Positions 38,325 through 47,835 of a stretch of DNA of 64,000 nucleotides are shown piece after piece. The stretch covers positions 123,034 through 187,033 of IMG/VR virus record IMGVR_UViG_3300049573_000219. One strand, 5' to 3'. Numbering within the stretch: position 1 is the stretch's first letter; every line of letters starts with the position of its first letter. The DNA comes from a virus (taxonomy: Duplodnaviria; Caudoviricetes). The notes below the pieces were generated by a model. The model ran no database searches. It worked only from the letters and a program-made list of their open reading frames with translations, and was not told the origin of the DNA. Made by a program: the position numbers and the translations under genes.

Positions 38325-38599
38325 CAGCTCTCCCTCTCCCTCCGGCCCAGCTCGGCCAGCTTCGTCGCCAGCTTCGCACTCAGGTCCAGCGCCTGCTCGT
38401 AGGTCAGCTCGATGAAGGAGCCCGGGTCGTCGCCCATCTGCTCGTCGGTGAGCGGCACCGTCAGGCGCTGCCCGAAGCCCGTCCTCACCGGCCCGAAGCC
38501 GCCGACGACGATGCTCTTTCCGCTGGTCAGGCTGTCGTCCACCGTGAGTGTGGCGTCGGTGTCGACGTCGCTCCAGGTCAGCTCACGGATGTCGCTCAC
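38324..38599 (-). CDS. Hypothetical protein
   Basis: GAGGAGG RBS; coupled. Confidence 0.6.
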   Translation of the reverse strand: MSDIRELTWSDVDTDATLTVDDSLTSGKSIVVGGFGPVRTGFGQRLTVPLTDEQMGDDPGSFIELTYEQALDLSAKLATKLAELGRRERES

Positions 38600-38925
38600 G
38601 TTTCCTCCTCGTCCGTCCAGGTGTTGCCCTGGTAGTCCTTGTGCCGGGTGGCCGGGTGATGACCGGCCTGCTCTTCGCACTGCCACGGGTTCACGGGGTG
38701 CTCGCCGTGGCACTTCTCGACGTTGCCGTGCTCGGCCATGGCCTCGCGGATGATGGACTCCTCGTCGAGCCCGCCGACGCCGTAGTCCTCGGGGTCCCAG
38801 CCCTCGTCCTTGAGGGCGCCGATGAGCGCGTAGACCACGTCCTTGCCGGAGAGGTCACCCTCCTCGCGGTTCTCGATCGCCTCCGAAACCTTCTCGAAGA
38901 TCCTGGTTCCACCGGTCCAGCTCAC
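38596..38925 (-). CDS. Hypothetical protein
   Basis: 109 aa; GGAGG RBS. Confidence 0.65.
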   Translation of the reverse strand: MSWTGGTRIFEKVSEAIENREEGDLSGKDVVYALIGALKDEGWDPEDYGVGGLDEESIIREAMAEHGNVEKCHGEHPVNPWQCEEQAGHHPATRHKDYQGNTWTDEEET

Positions 38926-38946
38926 GTTCTTCCTCCATTCCGAAGA

Positions 38947-38993
38947 TTCTTCCGGGGGTTCGCCTTGTAATGTTCGACGAACCCCCGGAAGAA
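38947..38993. terminator. 16-bp perfect inverted repeat (terminator or processing stem)
   Basis: TTCTTCCGGGGGTTCG-N15-CGAACCCCCGGAAGAA. Confidence 0.55.
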
Positions 38994-39000
38994 CCTCACA

Positions 39001-39219
39001 TCAGACGGTCTCCACCCGGGTCACGTGGGTGTAGACGGCCTGGTAGATCTCACGGACACCCTCGGCGTCCACGTCGTCGAGTTCCACCAGGACGGTGTGG
39101 TGCTCGCCCGTCACGTCGGTGCACGGCAGGCCGTTCACCGGGCACGGGCCGGTCTTCTTGTCGCGCGGGTTGTGCTCCGGGTTCTTCGGGAGCTTGACCG
39201 TGACCAGGTACTTCGCCAT
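39001..39219 (-). CDS. Hypothetical protein
   Basis: 72 aa, coupled to the NlpC gene. Confidence 0.6.
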   Translation of the reverse strand: MAKYLVTVKLPKNPEHNPRDKKTGPCPVNGLPCTDVTGEHHTVLVELDDVDAEGVREIYQAVYTHVTRVETV

Positions 39220-39701
39220 CAGCCGATCCGCCCGTAGAACGCCTTCGGGGAGCCCTTGGTGTACTCGGAGATCGGCGCCTTCACGACCTTGTACCCCCGG
39301 TACGACGCGGAGTTGGCGTTCCACATCCAGCCCTTGCCGTTCTTCCAGCCAGCGTAGATGCCGACGTGGTAGATGCCCTTCTTCGAGGTGCCGATGAAGA
39401 CCAGGTCGCCGACCTTGCGGTTGGACGCGGAGATCTTCCGGGACATGTTGTACTGCCCCTGCGCACTCAGGCGCTTCTTCCAGCGGTAACCGGCCTTCTT
39501 GTAGGCGAAGTGGACCAGCCCGGAGCAGTCGAAGCGGCTGGGCCCGGTGGCGCCGCGCTTGTAGCGGTCCCCCTTCTGCTTCGCGGCAATCTTCAGGGCT
39601 TCGCTGCGTATCGAGGTCGCGGCGCTGGAGGTGGGCGCCAGGGTCAGCACCATCCCTCCCGCGAGCGCGGTGGACAGGGCGACGGTGGTGAGCTTCCGCA
39701 T
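39219..39701 (-). CDS. Secreted NlpC/P60 peptidase
   Basis: Signal MRKLTTVALSTALAGG...SSA; FDCSGL, GDLVF, HVGIYAG. Confidence 0.9.
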   Translation of the reverse strand: MRKLTTVALSTALAGGMVLTLAPTSSAATSIRSEALKIAAKQKGDRYKRGATGPSRFDCSGLVHFAYKKAGYRWKKRLSAQGQYNMSRKISASNRKVGDLVFIGTSKKGIYHVGIYAGWKNGKGWMWNANSASYRGYKVVKAPISEYTKGSPKAFYGRIG

Positions 39702-39760
39702 GGTGCTTCTCCTTGGATTCCGAGATTCTTCGGGTTGTTCGCGCTGGAATCGGAGCCGAA

Positions 39761-40225
39761 CTACCAGCTCATTCCTTCGGGGCTGAAGTGGATGGGGATC
39801 CCCGCCGCTCGCGCCTTCTCCACGCAGTCGAATGTGCCGTGGGTGGGGTGCTCGCCGGGCGGGCACCAGGGGGCCTTCTTCTCGCACGGAAGGGCCCATG
39901 CCATCAGGGCGTCCATCCCCGCGTCGACCATCCCCTGGTTGCGCAGGAAGCCAGCCTGGTTGCCGTGGCGTCCCCAGTCGGCCGGGTGCGGGTCTTCGAG
40001 GACCAGGTGGTCTGGGAAGCGTTCCGCCCAGTCGCTGACGTGACGGTCGACGCCTCTCCTGGCCTTGCCATTGCGCACGATGAGTCGTCGGTGGTGGCGC
40101 AGCATCCGTGTCAGCGGCACCCAGACGGAAGACCGCCTGGTCCACCCCCTGGACCCGGTCACTCCCAGCACGAATGCCGGGTTGGCTTTCAACCACGCTG
40201 CCAGTTCGGCGTCTTGGGCTTTCAC
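39761..40225 (-). CDS. SLOG-family (YspA/DUF2493) protein
   Basis: VTGSRGW, GVD, ADW..HG..AGFLRNQGMV, GT..C. Confidence 0.8.
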   Translation of the reverse strand: MKAQDAELAAWLKANPAFVLGVTGSRGWTRRSSVWVPLTRMLRHHRRLIVRNGKARRGVDRHVSDWAERFPDHLVLEDPHPADWGRHGNQAGFLRNQGMVDAGMDALMAWALPCEKKAPWCPPGEHPTHGTFDCVEKARAAGIPIHFSPEGMSW

Positions 40226-40240
40226 GAGCCTCCTCTCAAC

Positions 40241-40572
40241 GGCCTAGGCCGATCCTACCCGATGGCCTACCTCCTGGGTAGGCCACTAGGTTGACCTGTT
40301 TGTCCAGATTCGCTGCGATTCGCCTACCATTCGAATCATCATGAATCGCCAAGAATCGGACACCAGATGCCAGTTTTTCATGGATCCCCGACACGCTACA
40401 GCAGGACAAAATCACCCAAACCATGCTGACCGATTCGTGCCGTACGACCGATTCGTTCCCTACCGTTCGGTAACTTCTCTTCCGAGATTCGGCCGACTTC
40501 CAAGCCGATTCTTGTTACTTACCGGTAGCTTCTCTTCGCTTCCACGAGGAAGGAAAGTTACCGAACGGTAGG
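40241..40572. promoter_or_regulatory. Lower-GC non-coding region with operator, GAWTC cluster, 11-bp direct repeats and 18-bp inverted repeat (candidate ori/clt)
   Basis: GGCCTAGGCC 40241-40250; GACCGATTCGT x2 (40428, 40446); CCTACCGTTCGGTAACTT 40459-40476 inverted at 40555-40572. Confidence 0.55.
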
Positions 40573-40618
40573 AAGCTGGCATGCAAAAGGCCCGCCGGTC
40601 GCGCCGACGGGCCTCGCG

Positions 40619-40903
40619 TCAGTCGAACGGGATCCAGTCAGGGATCACGTCGGGACGGATTTCGCACTCCTCGATCATCGCGCCCCAGTCGTCATGGCGC
40701 ACCCGACCCCTGTCGTCGAACATGAAGCGGTCGATGTGGACGACGTCCCCCTCGCGCCAGATCTCCGGCCACAGAGGAACCGCCCTGGGGTCCACTCCGC
40801 ACGACCGGAGCATCGCGTTGACTTCCTGCCTGCGTCGCTCCAGGAGTCTCACAGCCGCGTCGGCAACGCGTGCCAGGTGAAGCGTCACGGGATCCAGCCT
40901 CAT
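40619..40903 (-). CDS. Hypothetical protein
   Basis: 94 aa with RBS; flanked by hairpins. Confidence 0.6.
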   Translation of the reverse strand: MRLDPVTLHLARVADAAVRLLERRRQEVNAMLRSCGVDPRAVPLWPEIWREGDVVHIDRFMFDDRGRVRHDDWGAMIEECEIRPDVIPDWIPFD

Positions 40904-40960
40904 CTCTCTCCTTCCATGCCGAAGGGGCGCGGCGGGTTGCCGCGCCCCTTCGGACTTCGA

Positions 40961-41377
40961 TCAGTTGAACTGGACGTCGGTTCCATCAGGCCAGACGAAC
41001 CGGGCATCCTCCTTGCGGACACCCTCGTCGTCGATCACGACGCGCCAGATGTCACCGGCCCACTCGGTGCTGGTGACGACCATCATGCCGCGAACACTCC
41101 GCCCGATCTCCGCCATCTCGGAGACCAGCCCCCTGGCGTCTTCCTCCAGGTTGCGACAGTCGAAGGACTCGCGCCACGGAACGGCGAACTTCGCCGTGAA
41201 GATGGTGGAGATCCCGGTGTCGGTCTCCTCTTCGGAGCGTTCCACGTCGAGGACGATTCCCGGCTCATCGCGAGCCTGCGGCTTGTTCGTCAGGTGGAAC
41301 TTACTGTCCCTGATCTCGGCCCATGTCAGCGGCGGTTCGATGGTGAAGACCCCGTTGACTGATGCGGTGTAGCTCAC
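40961..41377 (-). CDS. Hypothetical protein
   Basis: VSYTASVNG..I.PPLTWAEI; AAGGAG RBS. Confidence 0.65.
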   Translation of the reverse strand: MSYTASVNGVFTIEPPLTWAEIRDSKFHLTNKPQARDEPGIVLDVERSEEETDTGISTIFTAKFAVPWRESFDCRNLEEDARGLVSEMAEIGRSVRGMMVVTSTEWAGDIWRVVIDDEGVRKEDARFVWPDGTDVQFN

Positions 41378-41465
41378 CTTCTTCTCCTTTCGAGCAGCAG
41401 AAGGAACGCGTGGGTGGCCACCCCGGATCCTGCCAGGATGGCCACCCATTCGATCGCGTACCGCA

Positions 41466-42107
41466 TCAGCCCTTGGTGCAGAGCGGGAAGAGCTTGGCCT
41501 TCTGGCCAGCCGGGATCCCGGCACCCTCGCACTTGCGGTAGTCCGCCTCGCGGACGTCCTGCTCGTAGAGGTAGCCGTCCTTGGCCAGCACGAAGATTTC
41601 GTACTCCTCCTCGCAGCCCTTGAGGTTGGCCGGGATGAGGAGCTTCGGGATCGTCAGGCCCTTGAGCTTCTGGGGCTTCTCGGGCTTCTTCTCCAGCTTG
41701 ACGCCCTTGTTCTTGGGGGCGGCGGGCTTGCTGCTCTTCTTGCCCTGGCCGGAGTCCGAGTTCGAGGAGTCGCTGTTGTTCTTGCGGTTCGAGTCCGACT
41801 TGGCGCCGGAGTCGGAGTCCGACTTGCTGGACTTGTTGCCGTTCGAGTTCGAGTTCGAGTTCGAGTTCGAGTTCGAGTTCGAACTGCTACTGCTGGACCT
41901 CCCCCCGGATCCGCCGGAGCTTCCACCCTTGCCGGTGACGAAGGCGACGGCGTCCATGGCGACGTCCTCGCCGGGGCAGTCGTAGTCGATCTGCTGACCC
42001 TGAACGAGGCCCGAAACCTGGTACTCGTGGGTCTCCCCGGAGCACGCGGAGGCGGTCAGGATGATGCCAGCGGCACCGGAGACGATCATTGCGGTCTTCT
42101 TGTTCAC
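41466..42107 (-). CDS. Lipoprotein with Ser/Asn/Lys-rich low-complexity centre
   Basis: Lipobox LTASAC; (SN)n tract. Confidence 0.7.
   Translation of the reverse strand: MNKKTAMIVSGAAGIILTASACSGETHEYQVSGLVQGQQIDYDCPGEDVAMDAVAFVTGKGGSSGGSGGRSSSSSSNSNSNSNSNSNSNGNKSSKSDSDSGAKSDSNRKNNSDSSNSDSGQGKKSSKPAAPKNKGVKLEKKPEKPQKLKGLTIPKLLIPANLKGCEEEYEIFVLAKDGYLYEQDVREADYRKCEGAGIPAGQKAKLFPLCTKG
41841..41882 (+). repeat. Perfect hexamer microsatellite (GTTCGA)7
   Basis: Directly visible; encodes (NS)n. Confidence 0.95.
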
Positions 42108-42215
42108 GTTCAATCCCCTTTCCAAGAAACAGTCTTGCAGAAAACCGGGAAGTTGTCGAGTCGCTTCTTCGTAGATCCGTGCGAAGCTATCCCTGTCACA
42201 CGGAAGGAGGAACCC

Positions 42216-43301
42216 GTGTCTGCACCGATGAGCGCAGCCAGGTTTCTGGCCGCTCTGAAGGCCGAAGGTGTCGACGTCGTCGAGGTCGGCGACTGGGAGC
42301 ACCACAACCGCAACAGCAAGGGCGCATGGGGTCCCGTGCACGGCGTGATGATCCACCACACCGTGACCAGCGGCACCCAGAACACCGTCAACATCGTCAA
42401 GAACGGGTACTCGGGACTGCCCGGCCCGCTCTGCCACGGCATGATCGCCAAGAGCGGCAGGGTCTACCTGGTTGGCTACGGCCGTGCCAACCACGCGGGC
42501 CTGGGCGACGACGACGTGCTGCGCGCCGTCATCAACGAGACCGACGCACCGGCCGACAACGAGGCCAACACCGACGGCAACAGGGCCTTCTACGGCTTCG
42601 AGTGCGAGAACAAGGGCGACGGCAAGGACCCTTGGCCCGCAGCCCAGCTCGAAGCCATCGAGCGTGTCTCCGCAGCCATCTGCCGGGCGCACGGCTGGGG
42701 CCCCCTGTCGGTCATCGGCCACCTGGAGTGGCAGCCTGGCAAGGTGGACCCGCGCGGGTTCACGATGGACTCGATGCGCAGCCGCATCAGGGCCCGCCTG
42801 GCGGTCGACCCGAGCAAGCCGACCCCGCCGCCCTCGACGGGCACCACCTACACGGTGAAGCCCGGTGACACCCTGAGCGGCATCGCGAAGGCCCTCGGCG
42901 TGACGGTCGATGCCCTCTTCCAGGCGAACCGGGACAGGATCAAGGACAAGAACGAGATCTTCCCCGGTCAGGAGCTGGTCGTCCCGAAGGGGTCCGGCCT
43001 GCCGAAGCCGGTCAAGCCGAAGGTGGACCTGTCGCAGCTCGTCGCGGCTGCCCGCTCGAACCCGAAGGCTTCCGGCCAGCCGGTCACCTACGCGGGCGTC
43101 AAGACGGTCGAGGCCGCCCTGGTGGACGAAGGGCTCCTGTCCAAGACGTACTCGGACGGGCACTACGGGACCACCACCGTGAGCGCCTACGCCGCCTGGC
43201 AGAGGCGCTGCGGGTACACCGGAAGTGATGCCGATGGCATCCCCGGAAAGTCGAGTCTCACTAGGCTCGGCGACAAGCACGGTTTCACTGTCGTCGCGTG
43301 A
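42216..43301 (+). CDS. Endolysin: amidase_2 + LysM + peptidoglycan-binding domain
   Basis: IHHT, RANHAG, GFECEN, GHLEW..GK.DP; LysM YTVKPGDTLSGIA; DGHYG/ADGIPG binding domain; AAGGAGG RBS. Confidence 0.93.
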   Translation: MSAPMSAARFLAALKAEGVDVVEVGDWEHHNRNSKGAWGPVHGVMIHHTVTSGTQNTVNIVKNGYSGLPGPLCHGMIAKSGRVYLVGYGRANHAGLGDDDVLRAVINETDAPADNEANTDGNRAFYGFECENKGDGKDPWPAAQLEAIERVSAAICRAHGWGPLSVIGHLEWQPGKVDPRGFTMDSMRSRIRARLAVDPSKPTPPPSTGTTYTVKPGDTLSGIAKALGVTVDALFQANRDRIKDKNEIFPGQELVVPKGSGLPKPVKPKVDLSQLVAAARSNPKASGQPVTYAGVKTVEAALVDEGLLSKTYSDGHYGTTTVSAYAAWQRRCGYTGSDADGIPGKSSLTRLGDKHGFTVVA

Positions 43302-43318
43302 CCACGAAAGGTGGCCAA

Positions 43319-43696
43319 ATGCGTATCTTCGGTCGTGAGCCGGTGTACATCCTGGCTTTCGTCGCCGTCGCCCTGAAGCTGGGGTCGGCATACGGGCTGG
43401 ATGTCTCCGATGAAATGCAGGGCGCCATCATGGCGTTCCTGAGCCTGGTGGTCGCGCTCGTCGAGGCGGTCGTCCTGAAGACCGGTGCCGTCGGCGCCGC
43501 CGTGATCAATCTGGCACAGGGCGCCCTGGCCCTCTTCCTCGCCTTCGGGCTGGACATGAGCGCAGAGCAGCAGGCCCTGTGGATCCTGATCGTGGAGAGC
43601 GCCGTGGCGCTGTGGCTCCGCGAGAAGGTCACCGCACCGGTCACCATCCTGCCGGTCGAGCAGAGGGCGCCCGCCGCCGTCAGCAAGGCGGCCTGA
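43319..43696 (+). CDS. Holin
   Basis: MRIFGREP start, 4 TM, R..VTAP C-terminus; follows the endolysin. Confidence 0.8.
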   Translation: MRIFGREPVYILAFVAVALKLGSAYGLDVSDEMQGAIMAFLSLVVALVEAVVLKTGAVGAAVINLAQGALALFLAFGLDMSAEQQALWILIVESAVALWLREKVTAPVTILPVEQRAPAAVSKAA

Positions 43697-44130
43697 TGGC
43701 CACGGCGATCCGGCGACTGTACAAGCGGCTGGGTCGCCGTGGCACCGCACTCGTGCTCCTGGGCCTGGGCAAGGTGTGCTTCGGCCTGGGATACGCCCTC
43801 GATCCGGGCCCGCGCCCGGTCGGACTCGAACTCCTGAACAGACATGGCGGCATTCAGTGCTGGTCGTCCGTCTGGATCGTCTGCGGAACCATCACCTTCC
43901 TGTGTGCATGGCTCCGCATCGGGAGGGACTGGCTCGGGTTCTTCTCCGCGCTGGTTCCTCCCTTCCTCTGGGGTTCCGCGTTTCTCTGGGGTGCGGTATC
44001 CGGCGAATACCCAAGGGGCTTCGCCCTCGCCGCGTGGTACGCGATCAGCCACATCGGCATCATCCTGTGGGCCGCATCGGTTCCCGAGTACTCGATGCCC
44101 CACCCGACCCTCCAGAAGGAGCGAAGATGA
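43696..44130 (+). CDS. Four-TM lysis-cassette membrane protein
   Basis: LGRRG..LLLG pattern; coupled to the holin. Confidence 0.7.
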   Translation: MATAIRRLYKRLGRRGTALVLLGLGKVCFGLGYALDPGPRPVGLELLNRHGGIQCWSSVWIVCGTITFLCAWLRIGRDWLGFFSALVPPFLWGSAFLWGAVSGEYPRGFALAAWYAISHIGIILWAASVPEYSMPHPTLQKERR

Positions 44131-44501
44131 GCGAAGACTGGGGGGCGGTTCTGCCCGTCATCGGCACCCTGCTGGGCGCGCTCGCACTTCTCGGATCTGG
44201 GCTCTTCGCGGCACGCGCAACACGCGCGGCGGCCCGCATGACCTCGGAGGCGCAGCGTGCGACCGCGCTGGCCAGTGCGGAACCGGCACAGCGGCAGGCC
44301 GACCTGGCGACGTTCAGGGAGATCCGCGACGGTCTGGAGAGGAAGCTGGAGCGCCACGAGACGCGCATCGACAGCCTCACCAGCCTGGTCAGGGCGTTCT
44401 CCTGGTACGTCTCCGAGCTGACCGGGCAGATGAGGTCTCACGGCATCGAGCCCCCGGCTCCGCCGGAGCGGATCGTGGAGTACAACCGGAACGGCAACTG
44501 A
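44127..44501 (+). CDS. TM plus coiled-coil lysis accessory protein
   Basis: N-terminal TM, coiled coil, GIEPPAPP tail. Confidence 0.7.
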   Translation: MSEDWGAVLPVIGTLLGALALLGSGLFAARATRAAARMTSEAQRATALASAEPAQRQADLATFREIRDGLERKLERHETRIDSLTSLVRAFSWYVSELTGQMRSHGIEPPAPPERIVEYNRNGN

Positions 44502-44502
44502 C

Positions 44503-44532
44503 GAAGGCCCGGCCGGGGGAGGCCGGGCCTTC
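44503..44532. terminator. Terminator hairpin between convergent genes
   Basis: GAAGGCCCGGCC-N6-GGCCGGGCCTTC. Confidence 0.7.
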
Positions 44533-44537
44533 CCGCG

Positions 44538-44831
44538 TCAGCGCCGCCGCATGGCCGCACTGCGGATGACGGATCCCTGGCGGACGGCCGACTCGCCCGG
44601 TCGGCCGTCGTTCATCTGGACGTACTCGGCCACCGACGAGGTCTGCTTCGCCTCCCTGCGCTCACCCCAGGGCAGGCCGGGGAACTCCTTCTTCGCCTTC
44701 TGGAGGCGCGTGTTGATGGTCTGCGGCGAGCAGTCGTACTTCACCGACAGGCTGAGCTGCGACATGCCGTCCAGCCAGTCGAGCGCGATGGACCGGTTGC
44801 ACAGGTCGGGGCGCTTCACCCGGCCGTCCAC
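44538..44831 (-). CDS. Small HTH protein
   Basis: GMSQLSLSVKYDCSPQTINTRL. Confidence 0.55.
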   Translation of the reverse strand: MDGRVKRPDLCNRSIALDWLDGMSQLSLSVKYDCSPQTINTRLQKAKKEFPGLPWGERREAKQTSSVAEYVQMNDGRPGESAVRQGSVIRSAAMRRR

Positions 44832-45361
44832 TGCACACCTCCCGCCCACTCGGGCTTGAGTGCCTTCAGTTCGGGCAGCAGGCTCGGGTTGACGATCTCC
44901 AGGATCGCCTGGATGTCGCCCCCGTGGAGGTGCGGCCACATCATCAGCCGCGCCTCCCTGTACTTCGCCTCCAGGCGGGCCCTGGTGGGCCCGTCGAGGT
45001 GCTTGAGGCGGTCCGGCAGGGAGTTGTGGGCGTTGTCGCTGGTCTTCACCAGCATGGCCGGGTAGCCGCCCGCGATGACCCGCTCGATCTGCTCGCGCTT
45101 CGTGGAGCCGGGGACCTTCGTCACGGCGTCGATGATGCCCAGCGAGTAGCTGGACACGCCGACCGAGGCCAGGGATTCCAGGGTCTCGTCAGTGTCTTCG
45201 ACGACGTCGTGCAGGACACCGGCAACCTGGATCGGTACAGCGAACAGGGACAGGCCAGCCGCCACGGCGCGTACGTGCTCGATGTACGGCACGCCGTTCT
45301 TGTCGATCTGCCCTTCGTGGGCCTTGGCCGCGACGATGTCGGCCTCCCAGAGGTGCATCAC
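44816..45361 (-). CDS. HD-domain hydrolase (RelA/SpoT hydrolase-like)
   Basis: AHEGQ..K.GVPYIEH, LHDVVEDT, VK.SD..HN. Confidence 0.85.
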   Translation of the reverse strand: MMHLWEADIVAAKAHEGQIDKNGVPYIEHVRAVAAGLSLFAVPIQVAGVLHDVVEDTDETLESLASVGVSSYSLGIIDAVTKVPGSTKREQIERVIAGGYPAMLVKTSDNAHNSLPDRLKHLDGPTRARLEAKYREARLMMWPHLHGGDIQAILEIVNPSLLPELKALKPEWAGGVQWTAG

Positions 45362-47004
45362 TTCTTCTCCTTTTCCGCATCGTCCTGGTACAGGGAGCCC
45401 ATCCGGGCCCGCTTCTCCAGATTCTTCAGGTAGACATCATCGTCGATGCTGCCTTCCGTGATGAACCTCCACCGCTGGACCGGAGACTTCTGGCCGGGCC
45501 GGTGCAGACGCCCTTCGGCCTGCTCGTTCATCACGTTGTCCTCGGTGAAAGAGATGATCGCCTCACACCGGCAGACATCCTTCAGCCAGTCGACCCCTTC
45601 CGAGAGGGACTGGAGTTGAGCGATCAGCACCCGCCATTGAGTTCCGAATCCCTCTTCGATCTGCTTTCGCTTGGACGGCGTGGTCTTCATCGTCCAGGCA
45701 ACTGCGGAAGAGCCGATCGCTTTCTCCGCCATTCGAGCCCAGCGCGCCGAATGCGTCCACACGAGAAGCGGTTCATCCGGCGGAAGGTCGGCCAGCAGGT
45801 CGATCAGCGCGGTGAGCTTCGGCTGTGCGGCCTGCTCTTCGTAGGACACCTCCAGCTTGTCCACCGCGTAGGAGATGTGCGTCTTGAGGTGACCGGTCTC
45901 CTCGTCGACCTGATCTTCGATCACCTGGATGTCGTAGATCTTCGGGTCGCGCTTGAGGTCGAAGAGCTTCTGCTGGGTGACCCAGCTCTTCTTCCGCGTC
46001 GTCGTCTCGTCTGCACGCAGGGTGCCGAGGGCGGACTGCCTGAGACGGGTTCTCTGCTCGACCGGAAGGGGCGCGGCCACCGGCTGATCGGCGAGCCACG
46101 CGAGCGACTGCCCCTCGAAGTCCCGGTACTGCTCCTCCTGTTCCGGAGCCATCGGGACGCGCACCTCGCGCTCGATGACCGGCGGAAGCTGATCGACAAC
46201 CTCTTCGGTCCGGTAGCGGACGACGGCCGGGATGTCGCGCCAGACGCCGCCCGGGACAAGCTCGTCACCGATGACCTCGTGCTCGACCTTCTTGCCGCCC
46301 TTGTAGTACCCCTTGTCCTCGAACTGGAAATGCCTCCGGGCCCAGTCGTGGAAAGCCGGGTAGCGGTCCGGCCAGACGAGGTTGAGAGGGGTCCACAGGC
46401 CCTCCGGCTTGTTTCCGCCCGGGGTTGCGGACAACAGGAGCCAGCGGTCCGCCTTGATGCACTTCAGGACGTGACGCGGGACGCCGTGCCGGTTCACCAT
46501 GCGGTGCGACTCGTCGAGGATGACGAGATCCCAGGTGCCGGTCCTGGTCCACGGTGGGACGGTGCCCTCCTTCATCGCCTTCAGGGCCGCAGCCTTGGTG
46601 GCCTTGGGTTCCTTCGCCAGCGCGTTGCGGCCGGACGACGCCCGGCGCCGGATGTCCTCCGGGATGCCGCCGTGCATGGCGTTCCAGCCGATGATGAAGA
46701 CGCCTGGCGGCTTCTTCCTGGAGGTGAGGGCCGACCAGTTCTCGGTGTCCTTGCGGTGCGTACCCAGAATCCTGGTCAGCCCTTTCTCGGCGAGCGAGGG
46801 GTACTGCTCCTCGAAGGTGCGCTGCCACTGGCCGAGCGTGTTGATCGGGGCCACCACGAGGACGCGAGGAATGCGGCCAAGGTCCAGCAGACGCACGGCC
46901 TCGACGCTGGTCACGGTCTTACCGGCACCGAGGCCGGAGGCGTTGATGCCGCCTCCGGCCAGGATGCGCCGCGTCTCCTCCTGGTAGGGACGCAGGGTCT
47001 TCAT
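45358..47004 (-). CDS. SNF2-like SF2 helicase
   Basis: LRPYQ, GLGAGKT, DESH, SATP, QAEGRLHRPGQ. Confidence 0.9.
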   Translation of the reverse strand: MKTLRPYQEETRRILAGGGINASGLGAGKTVTSVEAVRLLDLGRIPRVLVVAPINTLGQWQRTFEEQYPSLAEKGLTRILGTHRKDTENWSALTSRKKPPGVFIIGWNAMHGGIPEDIRRRASSGRNALAKEPKATKAAALKAMKEGTVPPWTRTGTWDLVILDESHRMVNRHGVPRHVLKCIKADRWLLLSATPGGNKPEGLWTPLNLVWPDRYPAFHDWARRHFQFEDKGYYKGGKKVEHEVIGDELVPGGVWRDIPAVVRYRTEEVVDQLPPVIEREVRVPMAPEQEEQYRDFEGQSLAWLADQPVAAPLPVEQRTRLRQSALGTLRADETTTRKKSWVTQQKLFDLKRDPKIYDIQVIEDQVDEETGHLKTHISYAVDKLEVSYEEQAAQPKLTALIDLLADLPPDEPLLVWTHSARWARMAEKAIGSSAVAWTMKTTPSKRKQIEEGFGTQWRVLIAQLQSLSEGVDWLKDVCRCEAIISFTEDNVMNEQAEGRLHRPGQKSPVQRWRFITEGSIDDDVYLKNLEKRARMGSLYQDDAEKEKK

Positions 47005-47264
47005 GCGCGCTTCTCCAGGGGGTTCACGGGGCGCTGGTCGCACGCCGAGTCGTACGCCTTCAGGCTCTTCTCGGCATCGAACCGGAATCCCAGCACGTCC
47101 TGGGACGCCTCGCCCTGGCTGGTGACCCAGCCGTAGTCCACCGATGCCTCACCCTCGCGGGGTATCTCGAAGGTCCACCCCAGGATGCGCCGCCAGACGT
47201 TGCGTACCGGTCTGAACTCCTTGGCTCCGGGGTGAGCCCTCCGGGCCGCATCCTCGTGAATCAC
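47001..47264 (-). CDS. Hypothetical protein
   Basis: Coupled overlaps; GGAGG RBS. Confidence 0.55.
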   Translation of the reverse strand: MIHEDAARRAHPGAKEFRPVRNVWRRILGWTFEIPREGEASVDYGWVTSQGEASQDVLGFRFDAEKSLKAYDSACDQRPVNPLEKRA

Positions 47265-47599
47265 GTGATCTCCTCCCCTTCCTTCTCTGTCGCCCTTCTG
47301 GTGGCGACCTCCTTGCGCGCCTCCCGCAGGAGGCGCTTCCCGTCGGTCCAGCGTTCGGGGACGCCGTTGATGAACTGCGTGAGCCGGTCGCGGATCTCGA
47401 TCGCGTCGGCCAGGCTCAGATGGGGATCCGTCGTGCTGATCCCCGGCAGGTCGCTCTCGTCGGTGAACAGCCAGACGTGCGGACCTTCGGCCGACGACGA
47501 CTCCTGCACACGGACCGGATGGCCGTAGGAGGTGCGCACCGCGCTGCCCCCGTAGAGGAGGAATCCGCGACCGTTCGGCGAGGGTTCGTTCACAGGCAT
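47261..47599 (-). CDS. Hypothetical protein
   Basis: RGF...VRVQESSSAEGPHVWL motif. Confidence 0.6.
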   Translation of the reverse strand: MPVNEPSPNGRGFLLYGGSAVRTSYGHPVRVQESSSAEGPHVWLFTDESDLPGISTTDPHLSLADAIEIRDRLTQFINGVPERWTDGKRLLREARKEVATRRATEKEGEEIT

Positions 47600-47835
47600 G
47601 CGAACACCGCCGCAGCGTCCTCGTCGCTCGCCAGGCCGGAGTCGGCCGCCATGTCGGCGATGTCGTACGGCCACATCTTGTTGCTGTACGAGATGACGAC
47701 GTACGAACCCTCCTGGATGGCCGAGTTGCTGCCCTTGCGGGCGGCAGGGACCTTCTCGGTCTCTTCGACGACCTTCTTGGCCGACTCCTCGTCCAGGCAC
47801 TTCAGTCGGACTTCCAGCAGACCTTCAGTCGCCAT
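47590..47835 (-). CDS. Hypothetical protein
   Basis: 81 aa with RBS. Confidence 0.6.
   Translation of the reverse strand: MATEGLLEVRLKCLDEESAKKVVEETEKVPAARKGSNSAIQEGSYVVISYSNKMWPYDIADMAADSGLASDEDAAAVFACL

Noticed and set aside
41466-43391. 641-aa minus-strand ORF
   Set aside because: The 5' two-thirds is antisense to the endolysin; only 41466-42107 (lipoprotein) is credible.
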